Below, one piece after another: positions 14,396 through 24,100 of a stretch of DNA of 64,000 nt; position 1 is the stretch's first letter; each line of letters starts with the position of its first letter. Origin of the DNA: Minisyncoccota bacterium (lineage in GTDB: Bacteria; Patescibacteriota; Minisyncoccia; JAHIHE01; JAGLIN01); contig JBAZUT010000003.1 of assembly GCA_041661265.1 (NCBI GenBank), positions 79,191 through 143,190 of the forward strand, given 5' to 3'. The position numbers and the translations under genes were made by a program. The notes below the pieces were generated by a model, which did no database searches, was not told the DNA's origin, and was given only the letters and a program-made list of their open reading frames with translations.

Positions 14396-14423
14396 AAGCA
14401 GAATCAAGTTCTGCTTTTTTTAA
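14396..14423. terminator. bidirectional rho-independent terminator between convergent pgk and leuS
   Basis: AGCAGAA/TTCTGCT stem with loop TCAAG, flanked by A-run and T-run (AAAAGCAGAATCAAGTTCTGCTTTTTTT). Confidence 0.6.
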
Positions 14424-14440
14424 CTTTGCATTATTTTCGA

Positions 14441-17400
14441 TCAGACTACAATATTGATCAACCTACCCTTGATGAATAAAAACTTTTTTATCTCTTTCCC
14501 TTCTACCCATTTTCTGACTTTGTCGCTGGCAAGCGCAAGTTTTTTTGCTTCATCTTCAGAAATCCCTGCAGGCGCGGAAAGCTTTTCCCTGACTTTGCCG
14601 TTTATCTGGACCACGAGTTCAATTTCTGTTTCTCTTGCAGTAGATTCATCGTATTTCGGCCATTTTTCAAGATGAATACTGTCTGTACCGCCTAGGTTCA
14701 ACCACATTTCTTCCGTGATATGCGGAACAAACGGTGCGAGCATTGTTATGATAGTTGAAAATTCATTCCGGGGTATAGAGCTCAGCCTATCGTATTCATT
14801 CGAAAGGATCATGATCTGGGAAATTGCGGTATTGAACTTCATATTATCAACGTCTTCAGTAACCTTTTTTATCGCCCTATGAAGCACCGGCAACATATCA
14901 GCTTTTGATTTGTTATGCTCTGAATCCAAAAATGCAATTAATTTTGAAACGGCTTTTTTCCTATGATCGTATTTATACTTTTCAACATTCGGCATTTCAC
15001 CGAATGTTTTCGACTCTGCTTCGGGGATGAATATCGGATCATATCCGAAACCGCCATTTCCCTTTGCCATTTGCGAAACAAAACCCTTGCAAACACCGTC
15101 AAATTGCCTGAATGTGTCGTTCTTCGGATCATACATCGTAATGACAGATTTGAAATATGCTGATCGGTCATTCTTGTCGGACAATTCGCCAATTATCTGT
15201 CCTTGCGCTTGTTTATAATCACCCTTGGCAAATCTCGCCGAAAATACGCCGGGCTTTCCATCCATCGCGGCAACACTGAAGCCACTGTCATCAGCAACCG
15301 TTATATAGCCGGTTTTTTTCGCATAGTATTTTGCCTTTATCAGTGAATTATCTTCATATGTCTTGCCGTTCTCTACGGGCTCTTTGTATTTCTTTTTCAG
15401 ATCGGCAATGCATATGATATTAAAATCCTTAAAATGATCTTTTAATTCTGATAACTTGCCCTGATTGTTGGTTGCGACCAATATCGTATTTTTGACAGGT
15501 TTTGAAAACGCTATGTCTGCGTTTTGCACCTTGAATTGGAGATTCCAGATCCTTTCCAAAAACCTGTGCATTCCTATGAGACTTGTAGTTGACCAGGGAA
15601 TGGATTCGCCATACGGCCCCATGAACATCTCATATAACCTAATCGTATCGGCGCCATATTTTTCAATAACATCATCCGGATTAACGACATTTCCGCGCGA
15701 TTTGCTCATTTTTTGACCATCTTCCGCCAGGATCATCCCGTGCGATCTTCTTGTCTTATACGGCTCGCTCGTATTCACATATCCGAGATCGAACAAAAAC
15801 TTGTGCCAGAATCTGGAATACAGAAGATGAAGAGTTGTATGTTCCATTCCGCCGTTATACAGATCAACGGGCATCCAGTAATCTATTTTTTTTCTTGAGG
15901 CAAACTGCTTATCATTCCGCGGATCAAGATATCGAAGGAAATACCAGCTTGACCCTGCCCAGTTTGGCATAGTGTCGGTTTCTCTTCTGGCATCGTTCTT
16001 GCAAACGGGACACTTTATACTCACCCACTTTGTGATATTGGCAAGAGGGGATTCGCCTGTATCCGTTGGCTCATAATTCTTCACATTAGGCAATTCGAGC
16101 GGAAGGTCGGACTCATTCAGTGGAATATTCTTCGTAATATTAAGAACTTGGAATTCCCATCCAACGAGACCGTTGTTCTTTATTCTGCCAATATAATCAT
16201 TCGTAAAACCATATGACTTTTCAAGGTCATTGATGCTTTTTATTTTTGCACCCGGAAGAATCCTGGAAATGAGGTCTTTGTTCGAATATAATTCACCAAG
16301 ACCGCCAAAATTATATACCTTTTTTATCCTGACAACTTCAAAATCACCGGTATTCTTATTATTAAATTTGAGAATGTCGCCAGCCTTTATGTCTCCGAAA
16401 TATCTTTCTTTTTCATCAGGATTCAATGCTCTGGTTTCGATCGTCTTTTTTTTGCCGATGATCTGATTCCAAACATTGTTATCTCTGAAATTGAGTTCCA
16501 TTTTGACATTTATTCCCGCAAGTCCGCAATGTTTGCATTTTATGATCGGGATCGGCTCTCCCCAATAATGCTGGCGGGAGAACACCCAATCGCGAAGCTT
16601 GTAATTTACTTTTTTTTGCCCGATGCTTTTTTCTTCCAGCGATTTAATCATCTCGTTACGTGCTTGTTCCGATCTTAGGTTACTATATTTTTCCGAATTT
16701 ACTAACTGGCCATCATCACAATACGATTTTTCACCCTTCAGAAAGGCATCTCTTTCCTTTTGTATAGCTATTTCGGGAGATTCTGATCCCGACACAACAA
16801 TCGTTAAAGCCGCAGGTACAACGACTACTTTTATCGGCAACGCATATTTCTTTGCAAACACAAAATCTCTTTCATCGTGAGCTGGAACTGCCATTACGGC
16901 GCCGGTTCCATATGCCCCCAGGACATAATCGGCCACCCAGACCGGGATTTCTTCATTATTGAATGGATTTATTACTTTAAGACCTTTAATCTCTACGCCT
17001 GTTTTTTCTTTCGCCAAATCAGTCCTATCCAGATCAGGTTTATTTTTCGCCTCGTTAATATATTTCAAAACCTCATCGTAATTGTTTATTTGCGTTTTTA
17101 AAGTTTCTATAAGCGGATGCTCGGGAGCAAGAACAACGTAAGTACAACCAAAAATGGTATCGATACGGGTCGTAAACACTTCGACATTGTTTGCAACACG
17201 CCCCTCGCCCCTCTCAAGAGGGGAATATTGAATTCTAGCATTATCTTTTAACTTTTCACTTTTCACTTTAAACTTTACAGTTGCGCCTTCCGATTTTCCT
17301 ATCCAATTGATCTGCTGCGTTTTGATCTTGTCCAAATAATCCACGCTGTTCAGGTCGTCTATAAGACGCTGGGCATATTTTGTTATGCGGAGCATCCATT

Positions 17401-18067
17401 GCCTTTTCGTTCTTTTTTCAGCGACTGCGCCGCATCTTTCACAGCTTCCATCCATAACCTCTTCATTAGCCAAGCCAATCTTGCAGCTTGGGCACCAATT
17501 TATCGCCATTTCAGCTTCATAGGCCAGTCTTCTTGAATCTATGTACTCTTTTTTCCCGAGAGCATCCAGGCCGGCGGGAACATCAAGCTCCTCGATCGGA
17601 CGAGCCTTGTCTGATCTTTCATCATAAAAACTGTTGAAAAGCTTCAAAAAGATCCATTGTGTCCATTTATAATATTTCGGATCTGTCGTATTGATCTCTC
17701 TCGACCAGTCAAAGCTTGGCCCATAGCTCTTTATTTGCTTGGTAAAAGTTTTTATGTTCTTTTTCGTTACTATGGTCGGGTGAGTCTTTGTCTTAATGGC
17801 AAAATTCTCGGTCGGCAAACCAAAAGCGTCCCATCCGATCGGATAGATCACATTGTATCCGCTCATTCTTTTTTTTCGCGCGACGATATCGATCGCAATA
17901 TGGCTCCGCAGATGTCCGACATGGAGCCCTGCGCCCGACGGATAGGGGAATTCTATCAGACAATAATACTTCGGATCATTTGAGAAATCTTTGGCCTTGT
18001 ACAGTTCGCTCTTGTCCCATTTGGTCTGCCACTTTTTTTCTATCTTCCTGAAGTTATATTTTGACAT
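14441..18067 (-). CDS. leuS: leucine--tRNA ligase with an inserted RdgB/Ham1-type ITPase domain and an ASCH-like insert
   Basis: 1208 aa. HIGH (PYPSGAGLHVGHLRSH), editing motif TTRIDTIFGCTYVVLAPEHP, KMSKS (QKMSKSRGN), anticodon-binding AIKKVTEDVDNMKFNTAISQIMIL. About 192 aa inserted between core and anticodon-binding domain carry full Ham1 motifs: ILVATNNQGKLSEL, ADDSGFSVAAMDGKPGVFSARF, GGFGYDPIFIP, YDHRKKAVSKL. A further about 105-aa insert (GKKKTIETR...) is ASCH/PUA-like. Confidence 0.85.
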   Translation of the reverse strand: MSKYNFRKIEKKWQTKWDKSELYKAKDFSNDPKYYCLIEFPYPSGAGLHVGHLRSHIAIDIVARKKRMSGYNVIYPIGWDAFGLPTENFAIKTKTHPTIVTKKNIKTFTKQIKSYGPSFDWSREINTTDPKYYKWTQWIFLKLFNSFYDERSDKARPIEELDVPAGLDALGKKEYIDSRRLAYEAEMAINWCPSCKIGLANEEVMDGSCERCGAVAEKRTKRQWMLRITKYAQRLIDDLNSVDYLDKIKTQQINWIGKSEGATVKFKVKSEKLKDNARIQYSPLERGEGRVANNVEVFTTRIDTIFGCTYVVLAPEHPLIETLKTQINNYDEVLKYINEAKNKPDLDRTDLAKEKTGVEIKGLKVINPFNNEEIPVWVADYVLGAYGTGAVMAVPAHDERDFVFAKKYALPIKVVVVPAALTIVVSGSESPEIAIQKERDAFLKGEKSYCDDGQLVNSEKYSNLRSEQARNEMIKSLEEKSIGQKKVNYKLRDWVFSRQHYWGEPIPIIKCKHCGLAGINVKMELNFRDNNVWNQIIGKKKTIETRALNPDEKERYFGDIKAGDILKFNNKNTGDFEVVRIKKVYNFGGLGELYSNKDLISRILPGAKIKSINDLEKSYGFTNDYIGRIKNNGLVGWEFQVLNITKNIPLNESDLPLELPNVKNYEPTDTGESPLANITKWVSIKCPVCKNDARRETDTMPNWAGSSWYFLRYLDPRNDKQFASRKKIDYWMPVDLYNGGMEHTTLHLLYSRFWHKFLFDLGYVNTSEPYKTRRSHGMILAEDGQKMSKSRGNVVNPDDVIEKYGADTIRLYEMFMGPYGESIPWSTTSLIGMHRFLERIWNLQFKVQNADIAFSKPVKNTILVATNNQGKLSELKDHFKDFNIICIADLKKKYKEPVENGKTYEDNSLIKAKYYAKKTGYITVADDSGFSVAAMDGKPGVFSARFAKGDYKQAQGQIIGELSDKNDRSAYFKSVITMYDPKNDTFRQFDGVCKGFVSQMAKGNGGFGYDPIFIPEAESKTFGEMPNVEKYKYDHRKKAVSKLIAFLDSEHNKSKADMLPVLHRAIKKVTEDVDNMKFNTAISQIMILSNEYDRLSSIPRNEFSTIITMLAPFVPHITEEMWLNLGGTDSIHLEKWPKYDESTARETEIELVVQINGKVREKLSAPAGISEDEAKKLALASDKVRKWVEGKEIKKFLFIKGRLINIVV

Positions 18068-18090
18068 TATTATATATTAAATTGTAATTA

Positions 18091-18942
18091 TCAGTTTATT
18101 GTTATAACGGTGATTTCAGGAGGAACGAGGAATCTCAGCGGGACAGTGCTCATTCCGATCCCGCGATTCACATACATCCTGTCATTATCTATTTTGTATA
18201 GACCGCTTATGAACCCTTTTCCGGCTTCGCGCCTTGCCGGTATAAATTGTTCGGAAAGAAAAGGTATGTATATCTGGCCGCCATGAGTGTGACCGACCAA
18301 GATAAGGTCAATGCCTTTATTCTTTGCATATTTGATCACGTTTGGAGAATGTGCCAGAAGTATTTTACATGATTTTACGCTATTATCAATGCCATTAAAG
18401 GCTTTTTCCATGTCGTCAGCATTTTCCCCGCTGGTATATGGATCCTTCACGCCCAAAATATAAAAATTATTCCCGTTAAGCGCAAATCCGTCGTTTGAAT
18501 TCGTAATGACTTTAGCCCCCGCTTTTTCAAGTTTTGTTGTAAAATCCCTCATATCAAAATCCAAAGACCAATAATCCCAATTGCCAAAAACGATATATGT
18601 CGGATACTCATTCGATATCATCCTGACCAGATCAATGGCCTTTTCAATGCCGCTCTTATCCGTTATCAGGTCGCCAGTAATAAACACAGAATCGGGCTTC
18701 TGGGACTTTATACTGCTATAGATATCGCTTATTTTCCCATCAACAGTGTCCTTATTGAAATGCAAGTCGGATATTTGAACAAATCTTACGCTGGCCCCAA
18801 GGGTGTTTGAACAATCCAGGTCAAGATCCAAAGATTCAGCTACGATCATGTTGGGTTCTATGAAATATGAGTAACCGAACACCATCATAAAAGCCGATAT
18901 AACAACAGCAACGATCCATTTTTTCTTTATCTTCAATTTCAT
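18091..18942 (-). CDS. calcineurin-like metallophosphoesterase (YkuE-like), N-terminal TM anchor
   Basis: Motifs QISDLH, GDLITD, GNWDY, GHTHGGQ. Confidence 0.75.
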   Translation of the reverse strand: MKLKIKKKWIVAVVISAFMMVFGYSYFIEPNMIVAESLDLDLDCSNTLGASVRFVQISDLHFNKDTVDGKISDIYSSIKSQKPDSVFITGDLITDKSGIEKAIDLVRMISNEYPTYIVFGNWDYWSLDFDMRDFTTKLEKAGAKVITNSNDGFALNGNNFYILGVKDPYTSGENADDMEKAFNGIDNSVKSCKILLAHSPNVIKYAKNKGIDLILVGHTHGGQIYIPFLSEQFIPARREAGKGFISGLYKIDNDRMYVNRGIGMSTVPLRFLVPPEITVITIN

Positions 18943-18949
18943 CAGTGCT

Positions 18950-19732
18950 CTATAAATGAAATAAATTCACTGCATTCTTTGATGTTTCACGCTCAATGTT
19001 TTTTATATCCTCATTCCTCAGGTTCGATATTTTTTCCAGTGTAAATTTCACGTGAAGAGGCTCGTTCCTTTCTCCGCGATAGGGAACGGGGGACAGATAG
19101 GGACAATCAGTTTCAATCAGCATTCTGTCAAGCGGCATTTTTCGTATCACATCATGCATCTCCGATATGTCGCTTGTCGGGGCATTCTCTTTGTAATATG
19201 TAATAATCCCGGTAAAACCCAGACAAAAACCCATATCCAGGAATTTCTCCGCTATTTCCCATCCCGCAGAGAAACAATGGACGACCCCATGCCACTTTTC
19301 CGTACTAAAGCCATCCAAAACATCGATCATTTCGTTGTAGGCGTCTCTGCAGTGCAATATCACGGGTTTATTGTGCCTGAATGCCATATCCAGCTGAGAC
19401 TCAAAGGCCTCGATCTGCATATCCTGAGGGGACAGGTTTCTGAAGAAATCCAGTCCGATCTCGCCGATAGCCACAGCTTTATAATGAAGGCACAACTGCT
19501 CAAGTTTCGCGAGATTTTTTGAATCTAACGAATCTGCATCATGCGGATGAATTCCGACGGAGCAATATATATTTTCATGCTTCATGGCCAGATCCGAGCT
19601 TCGTTCGCTTGATCTCATGTCGCAGCCGACATTGATCAGCTTTTCTCCGCCATTATCAAAATACCGCCTGATGACATCATCGCGATCGGGATCAAATTCT
19701 TTAAAATCAACATGCGCATGCGTATCGATCAT
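18950..19732 (-). CDS. tatD: TatD-family metal-dependent hydrolase/DNase
   Basis: MIDTHAHVDF start, 260 aa, TIM-barrel TatD motifs (HCFSAG, ETDCPYL). Confidence 0.85.
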   Translation of the reverse strand: MIDTHAHVDFKEFDPDRDDVIRRYFDNGGEKLINVGCDMRSSERSSDLAMKHENIYCSVGIHPHDADSLDSKNLAKLEQLCLHYKAVAIGEIGLDFFRNLSPQDMQIEAFESQLDMAFRHNKPVILHCRDAYNEMIDVLDGFSTEKWHGVVHCFSAGWEIAEKFLDMGFCLGFTGIITYYKENAPTSDISEMHDVIRKMPLDRMLIETDCPYLSPVPYRGERNEPLHVKFTLEKISNLRNEDIKNIERETSKNAVNLFHL

Positions 19733-19749
19733 TATGGTAAAATATTTTA

Positions 19750-20127
19750 TTATTCCAATTGCTTCTCGATATTTCTGATCAGTCTGTTTAGTTCCGTCAT
19801 TAACTCGTTCAATAGCGAGTTTATAACACTGAAATCCAGCGACTTACCGAATGGCATTTTCTTGATCTCTCTGATCTTCACATCAAGCTCGAGACTTGTC
19901 TGCTGAGCTCTGATCAGCGATTCATGGAAAGATTTCGCATTACCTGTTTTTTTCCCCGAAGCAATGCTCTTTGAAATTGTGACGGAGAATCTCCTTATCT
20001 CGGAAATAGAGCTATAGTTCGCCAGATTCGGAAAATATCCCGTCAATTTTTGGATCGCGAAAACGAGCTCCAGCGATTTTTGCCATGCTGCGAGCCGTTT
20101 ATAGTCTTGATTATCATTTGTTTCCAT
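19750..20127 (-). CDS. four-helix-bundle protein (TIGR02436-type, '23S rRNA intervening-sequence protein' family)
   Basis: 125 aa. Characteristic pattern YKRLAAWQKSLELVFAIQKLTGYFP...ISEIRRFSVTISKSIASG...FHESLIRAQQTSLELDVKI. Confidence 0.65.
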   Translation of the reverse strand: METNDNQDYKRLAAWQKSLELVFAIQKLTGYFPNLANYSSISEIRRFSVTISKSIASGKKTGNAKSFHESLIRAQQTSLELDVKIREIKKMPFGKSLDFSVINSLLNELMTELNRLIRNIEKQLE

Positions 20128-20166
20128 ATATTTGATAATATATTATATATAAATGATCTGCGTACT

Positions 20167-21699
20167 TCACTTATCTAGCCGAGGAAATAGATTGTCGCCT
20201 TTTTTTATTTTCGTGCCCGGCTTAAGCCTTCCCCAAAGGCTTGCATCTTTGATATTTTTGGACAACTCTGCCGTTCTTTCTTTTTCATCTGCGAAAAGCT
20301 GGGAGAATATCTTATCTGAGGTTTCGGGCATAAAAGGCCGTATCATCCAGGCGATATGGCGCATACATTCGAGAAGGTTGAATATCGTCATGCTTCTGTC
20401 CGCACCTTCCATTTTCCAAGGCTTCTTTTTTTCGAGATACTCATCGCACATGCTCATAAATGCCCTCATTCCAAGAAGGGATTCATTCATTTTAAACAAG
20501 TCAATCGAACTAAAATATTTCAGCCATGCATCTGCTGCAGCTCGTTCAAGATCGGTATCCGGCGGAATCGAAGTTTCGGATAGTGTGTCCATTTTTGATG
20601 CGAGCGTTAATATTCTTGCGGTCAGATTGCCTATGCCGTTTGCAAGGTCTGCCTGATATAGTTCTTCGAATTTAGCATATGAAAAATCTCCATCATCCGA
20701 AGAAGATATCTCTTTGAGGAGATAGTACCTCAGCGCGTCAACGCTTCCGTATTTTTCAACAACTTCAAAAGGATCAATGACATTGCCGAGAGACTTGCTC
20801 ATCTTTTGCCCGCCGGAGGTTATGAAACCGTGAACATATATATTTTTGGGAAGCGCCAAATCTGCGCTAAGGAGCATTCCCGGCCATATTGCGCTATGAA
20901 AACGTAAAATATCTTTTCCAATCAGATGAACGTCTGCAGGCCAATATTTCTTGTATTTGTCGGAATCTTCAGCGTATCCGAGAGCTGATATGTAGTTTGT
21001 GAGAGCATCGCACCATACATACATAGTTTGGTCATCATCGCCCGGAATGGGAATACCCCAATCCAAGACTCTTTTTGAGCGCGAAAAGCTTATATCCCTC
21101 AAACCTTCCCTCAGAACGCTTAATATCTCATTTTTCCGAGACTCTGGTATGATGTTGATCTCGCCAGACTCTATCCTTTCCCGGATCCTGTCCGTATATT
21201 TGGATAATCTGAAAAAATAGTTGTCTTCCTTTACTCTTTCCGGCTCCTTTTTATGATTCGGACATTTGCCGTCGATCAAGTCTTTTTCTGTTATGAATTC
21301 TTCACACCCGACGCAATACAGCCCTTCATAGCTGTTTTTGTAAATATCTCCAGCGTCAACAAATTTTTTCCAGATCTTCTGCGCAGACGGATAATGGCGA
21401 ACTTTGTCCGATGTCCTGATAAAATCGTCAATTGAAACATTCAGCGTCCCAAGCAGCAACCTGAATTTATCCGAATTGCCGTCAACAAATCTCTGAACGT
21501 CGATATTCTTTTCTTCGGCCGTCTTTTTTATTTTGCTGCCGTTCTCATCGGTTCCTGACAGAAAATATACATCTTCACCAAGCAAACGATGAAATCTTGC
21601 AAGGGCATCGGCCTGAAGAACTTCCATCGCATAACCGATATGAGGAGAAGCGTTTGCATAAGCGATCGATGTGGTTATATAGAATTTTTTCTTTGACAT
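20167..21699 (-). CDS. metG: methionine--tRNA ligase
   Basis: 510 aa. N-terminal ITTSIAYANASPHIGYAMEVLQAD (HIGH region), zinc knuckle CxxC...CPNH, KMSKS (GQKMSKSLGNVIDP). Confidence 0.9.
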   Translation of the reverse strand: MSKKKFYITTSIAYANASPHIGYAMEVLQADALARFHRLLGEDVYFLSGTDENGSKIKKTAEEKNIDVQRFVDGNSDKFRLLLGTLNVSIDDFIRTSDKVRHYPSAQKIWKKFVDAGDIYKNSYEGLYCVGCEEFITEKDLIDGKCPNHKKEPERVKEDNYFFRLSKYTDRIRERIESGEINIIPESRKNEILSVLREGLRDISFSRSKRVLDWGIPIPGDDDQTMYVWCDALTNYISALGYAEDSDKYKKYWPADVHLIGKDILRFHSAIWPGMLLSADLALPKNIYVHGFITSGGQKMSKSLGNVIDPFEVVEKYGSVDALRYYLLKEISSSDDGDFSYAKFEELYQADLANGIGNLTARILTLASKMDTLSETSIPPDTDLERAAADAWLKYFSSIDLFKMNESLLGMRAFMSMCDEYLEKKKPWKMEGADRSMTIFNLLECMRHIAWMIRPFMPETSDKIFSQLFADEKERTAELSKNIKDASLWGRLKPGTKIKKGDNLFPRLDK

Positions 21700-21711
21700 A
21701 TGTAAACTTAT

Positions 21712-21975
21712 ATGTTATTTAAGGATTATGAAAAATGCGGAGGTAAGAAGATGAGCGAAAATATTCTTTATGCGGAAGTCCGCGACCGCGGGCATCAGGA
21801 CATCTTGATCCAAATTGGAAAAAAGATAATCGCGGCCAGGCTTGAATCATGCGACAACATGGGCATACTCGTAGTATTTAAAAAAGACAAACAGAAAGTT
21901 GTTAACAGCTACAAAAAGCGCGAAAAGAAGACATTCATTCCATGGCACCGAATAAAATGCATAGACATCCCCTGA
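21712..21975 (+). CDS. hypothetical small protein
   Basis: 87-aa ORF divergent from metG. No family recognised. Start could be the internal Met at MSENIL. Confidence 0.3.
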   Translation: MLFKDYEKCGGKKMSENILYAEVRDRGHQDILIQIGKKIIAARLESCDNMGILVVFKKDKQKVVNSYKKREKKTFIPWHRIKCIDIP

Positions 21976-22062
21976 TCATAACAGGGGATTTTTATTTTTT
22001 CAAATATGTACCTGTTTGACATAATGCTATATGCATATTAGAATTTTTCAGGAAGAAAATAA

Positions 22063-22350
22063 ATGGTACATCCTTTTAAAAACAGATCTATCGAAAGCGC
22101 GGAACAGCTGATCGTGGAAAGAGTGGCAAACGAGGAGATCCGGGATTTCAGCTTTTGTATCCTGAAACTGAGGCTGGGCGAGGTTTGTCCATATGAAACC
22201 CTTGAAGCTGTCCTGAACAATCTTATCGATAAGGGTAAGGTGATTAAGGGCAAAAGAACGTGTTATGGCGATCAAAGATACAATTTAGTGCAATATTCCG
22301 CACCGATCACAAAATCAACAAATCAAGGCAATTTAATTGGCCGGCTATGA
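22063..22350 (+). CDS. hypothetical small protein
   Basis: 95-aa ORF. No recognisable motifs. Confidence 0.3.
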   Translation: MVHPFKNRSIESAEQLIVERVANEEIRDFSFCILKLRLGEVCPYETLEAVLNNLIDKGKVIKGKRTCYGDQRYNLVQYSAPITKSTNQGNLIGRL

Positions 22351-22397
22351 GGCCAATTTTTTTACTGAGTCATCGCAAAATAATTAATTTGCATCAA

Positions 22398-23063
22398 TTA
22401 ACTTACAATCACAATAAATTCACCCTTGATCTCTCCCGGGGCGATCTTTTTTATCACCTCTTCGGGCTTGCCGCGATAGATCGTTTCATACATTTTTGTC
22501 AGTTCACGACAAATGACGATGTCCCGGTCAGGAACATTGACTAGAAGACTCTGAAGCGTTTTTTCTATTCTGTGGGGCGACTCATAGAAAATTACCGTTT
22601 TATCTTCACCTTTCAAATTTTCGAAAAAGGTTTTTCTGCCCTTCTTGTGCGGAACAAACCCTAAAAACTCAAACTTATCCGTCGCGAAGCCCGAAACGGA
22701 AAGCCCGGCCGCAAGCCCCGACGGACCCGGAATTGGGATTATATTAACATTAATATTTTCATCAAGCAAGTATCTTATCAGAAGATTTCCCGGATCGGAG
22801 ATACCGGGAGTGCCGGCGTCGCTGACCAGCGCCAATTTCTTGTTCATCTTCAACAGATCGGCAATTTCCTGCATCTTTTCAAGCTTGCTGTGGTGATGAT
22901 AGCTCATCATCGGCTGATTGATGCTATATTTTTCGAGAAGAATTTTCGTATGCCTCGTATCCTCGCATAAGATCACATCCACCTCTTTTAAAACCCTCAA
23001 CGCTCTGAGGGTTATATCTTCCAAATTGCCGATAGGCGTAGCTACTATATACAGATCTGCCAT
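22398..23063 (-). CDS. rsmI: 16S rRNA (cytidine1402-2'-O)-methyltransferase
   Basis: MADLYIVATPIGNLEDITLRALRVLKEVDVILCEDTRHTKILL is the classic RsmI/tetrapyrrole-methylase-fold N-terminus. 221 aa. Confidence 0.85.
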   Translation of the reverse strand: MADLYIVATPIGNLEDITLRALRVLKEVDVILCEDTRHTKILLEKYSINQPMMSYHHHSKLEKMQEIADLLKMNKKLALVSDAGTPGISDPGNLLIRYLLDENINVNIIPIPGPSGLAAGLSVSGFATDKFEFLGFVPHKKGRKTFFENLKGEDKTVIFYESPHRIEKTLQSLLVNVPDRDIVICRELTKMYETIYRGKPEEVIKKIAPGEIKGEFIVIVS

Positions 23064-23067
23064 ATAA

Positions 23068-24096
23068 TTAATTTACTGCATGATTATGATTAACATCATC
23101 CAATATAATTGTGATTATGGCAGTAACCGGAACAGCCAGCATTGCGCCCATCACGCCGGCCAATTTTCCGCCGATCATGATCGCCAATATGATTATGATC
23201 GGATGCAGATTTACGGATTTTTCCATAACTTTGGGCACTATCAGATAATTTTCAAATTGCTGTATGAAAAAATATAGCACAAATGTCAACAGGGCATCGT
23301 TGAGCGAAATTGTCAGCGCGATGATTATCGCCGGAATGGCGGAAAGGATCGGTCCGACATAGGGAACCAGCTCAAGCATGCCCGCGATCATAGCCAGCAC
23401 CAGCGCATATTCGGTTATTCCGAGAAGATATAAGCCGACGTATGACATTATCCCGACTATAAAACCGAGCGACACCTGTCCCACGAACCACCTTCCCAGC
23501 TTGACCTGAACTTTTTTTATTATATTCAAAGATCTGTGCTGCATTTTTTGCGGAATGACATTTTTTACGAAACGCTCGACCCCATTCTCTTCGATGATAA
23601 GATAAAAAGATATCACTATTGTAAGCAGCGCCGACATAACACCGCCAAGCAGATTGAATATCCCGGCAAAAAAACTTGATGTGATATTCTTGAAGTATCC
23701 GCTCGCCTGAACCAATAAATTTTGAAGGGGTCCCGACAATTCCGACTTGAGAAGGGCGTTGTCAATTATAAAAGAATTATCCGCCAGATATTGCGGTATT
23801 ACAAGAGACAGCTGGCTTAACTGTTTTGCAAGCGGAGGAGCGATAATGAAAAACATGGATCCAAAAACGATGAAAATAATCGCAAATATTAGCATTGCGG
23901 CTATGATCCTCGGAATCTTTTTTGATTCCAGAAAATCAACGGCCGGAACGATTATCAGAGTTATCAATATCGATATAAAAAGCAGGAAGATGATATCCCT
24001 CAGGAAATACACAAATATTACGGCGAAGATCGAGATCAATATCCTGAATATGCCTTCGTATGACACATCAAGCGAGTGATGACTATTTTCATTCAT
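23068..24096 (-). CDS. AI-2E family transporter (PerM/UPF0118)
   Basis: 342 aa, about 8 TM helices. Conserved middle block NIIKKVQVKLGRWFVGQVSLGFIVGIMSYVGLYLLGI. Confidence 0.75.
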   Translation of the reverse strand: MNENSHHSLDVSYEGIFRILISIFAVIFVYFLRDIIFLLFISILITLIIVPAVDFLESKKIPRIIAAMLIFAIIFIVFGSMFFIIAPPLAKQLSQLSLVIPQYLADNSFIIDNALLKSELSGPLQNLLVQASGYFKNITSSFFAGIFNLLGGVMSALLTIVISFYLIIEENGVERFVKNVIPQKMQHRSLNIIKKVQVKLGRWFVGQVSLGFIVGIMSYVGLYLLGITEYALVLAMIAGMLELVPYVGPILSAIPAIIIALTISLNDALLTFVLYFFIQQFENYLIVPKVMEKSVNLHPIIIILAIMIGGKLAGVMGAMLAVPVTAIITIILDDVNHNHAVN

Positions 24097-24100
24097 ATTC

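Noticed and set aside
14454-17983. Multiple plus-strand ORFs (60-108 aa) across the leuS locus
   Set aside because: They are shadow ORFs opposite a 1208-aa gene with unambiguous LeuRS and Ham1 motifs.
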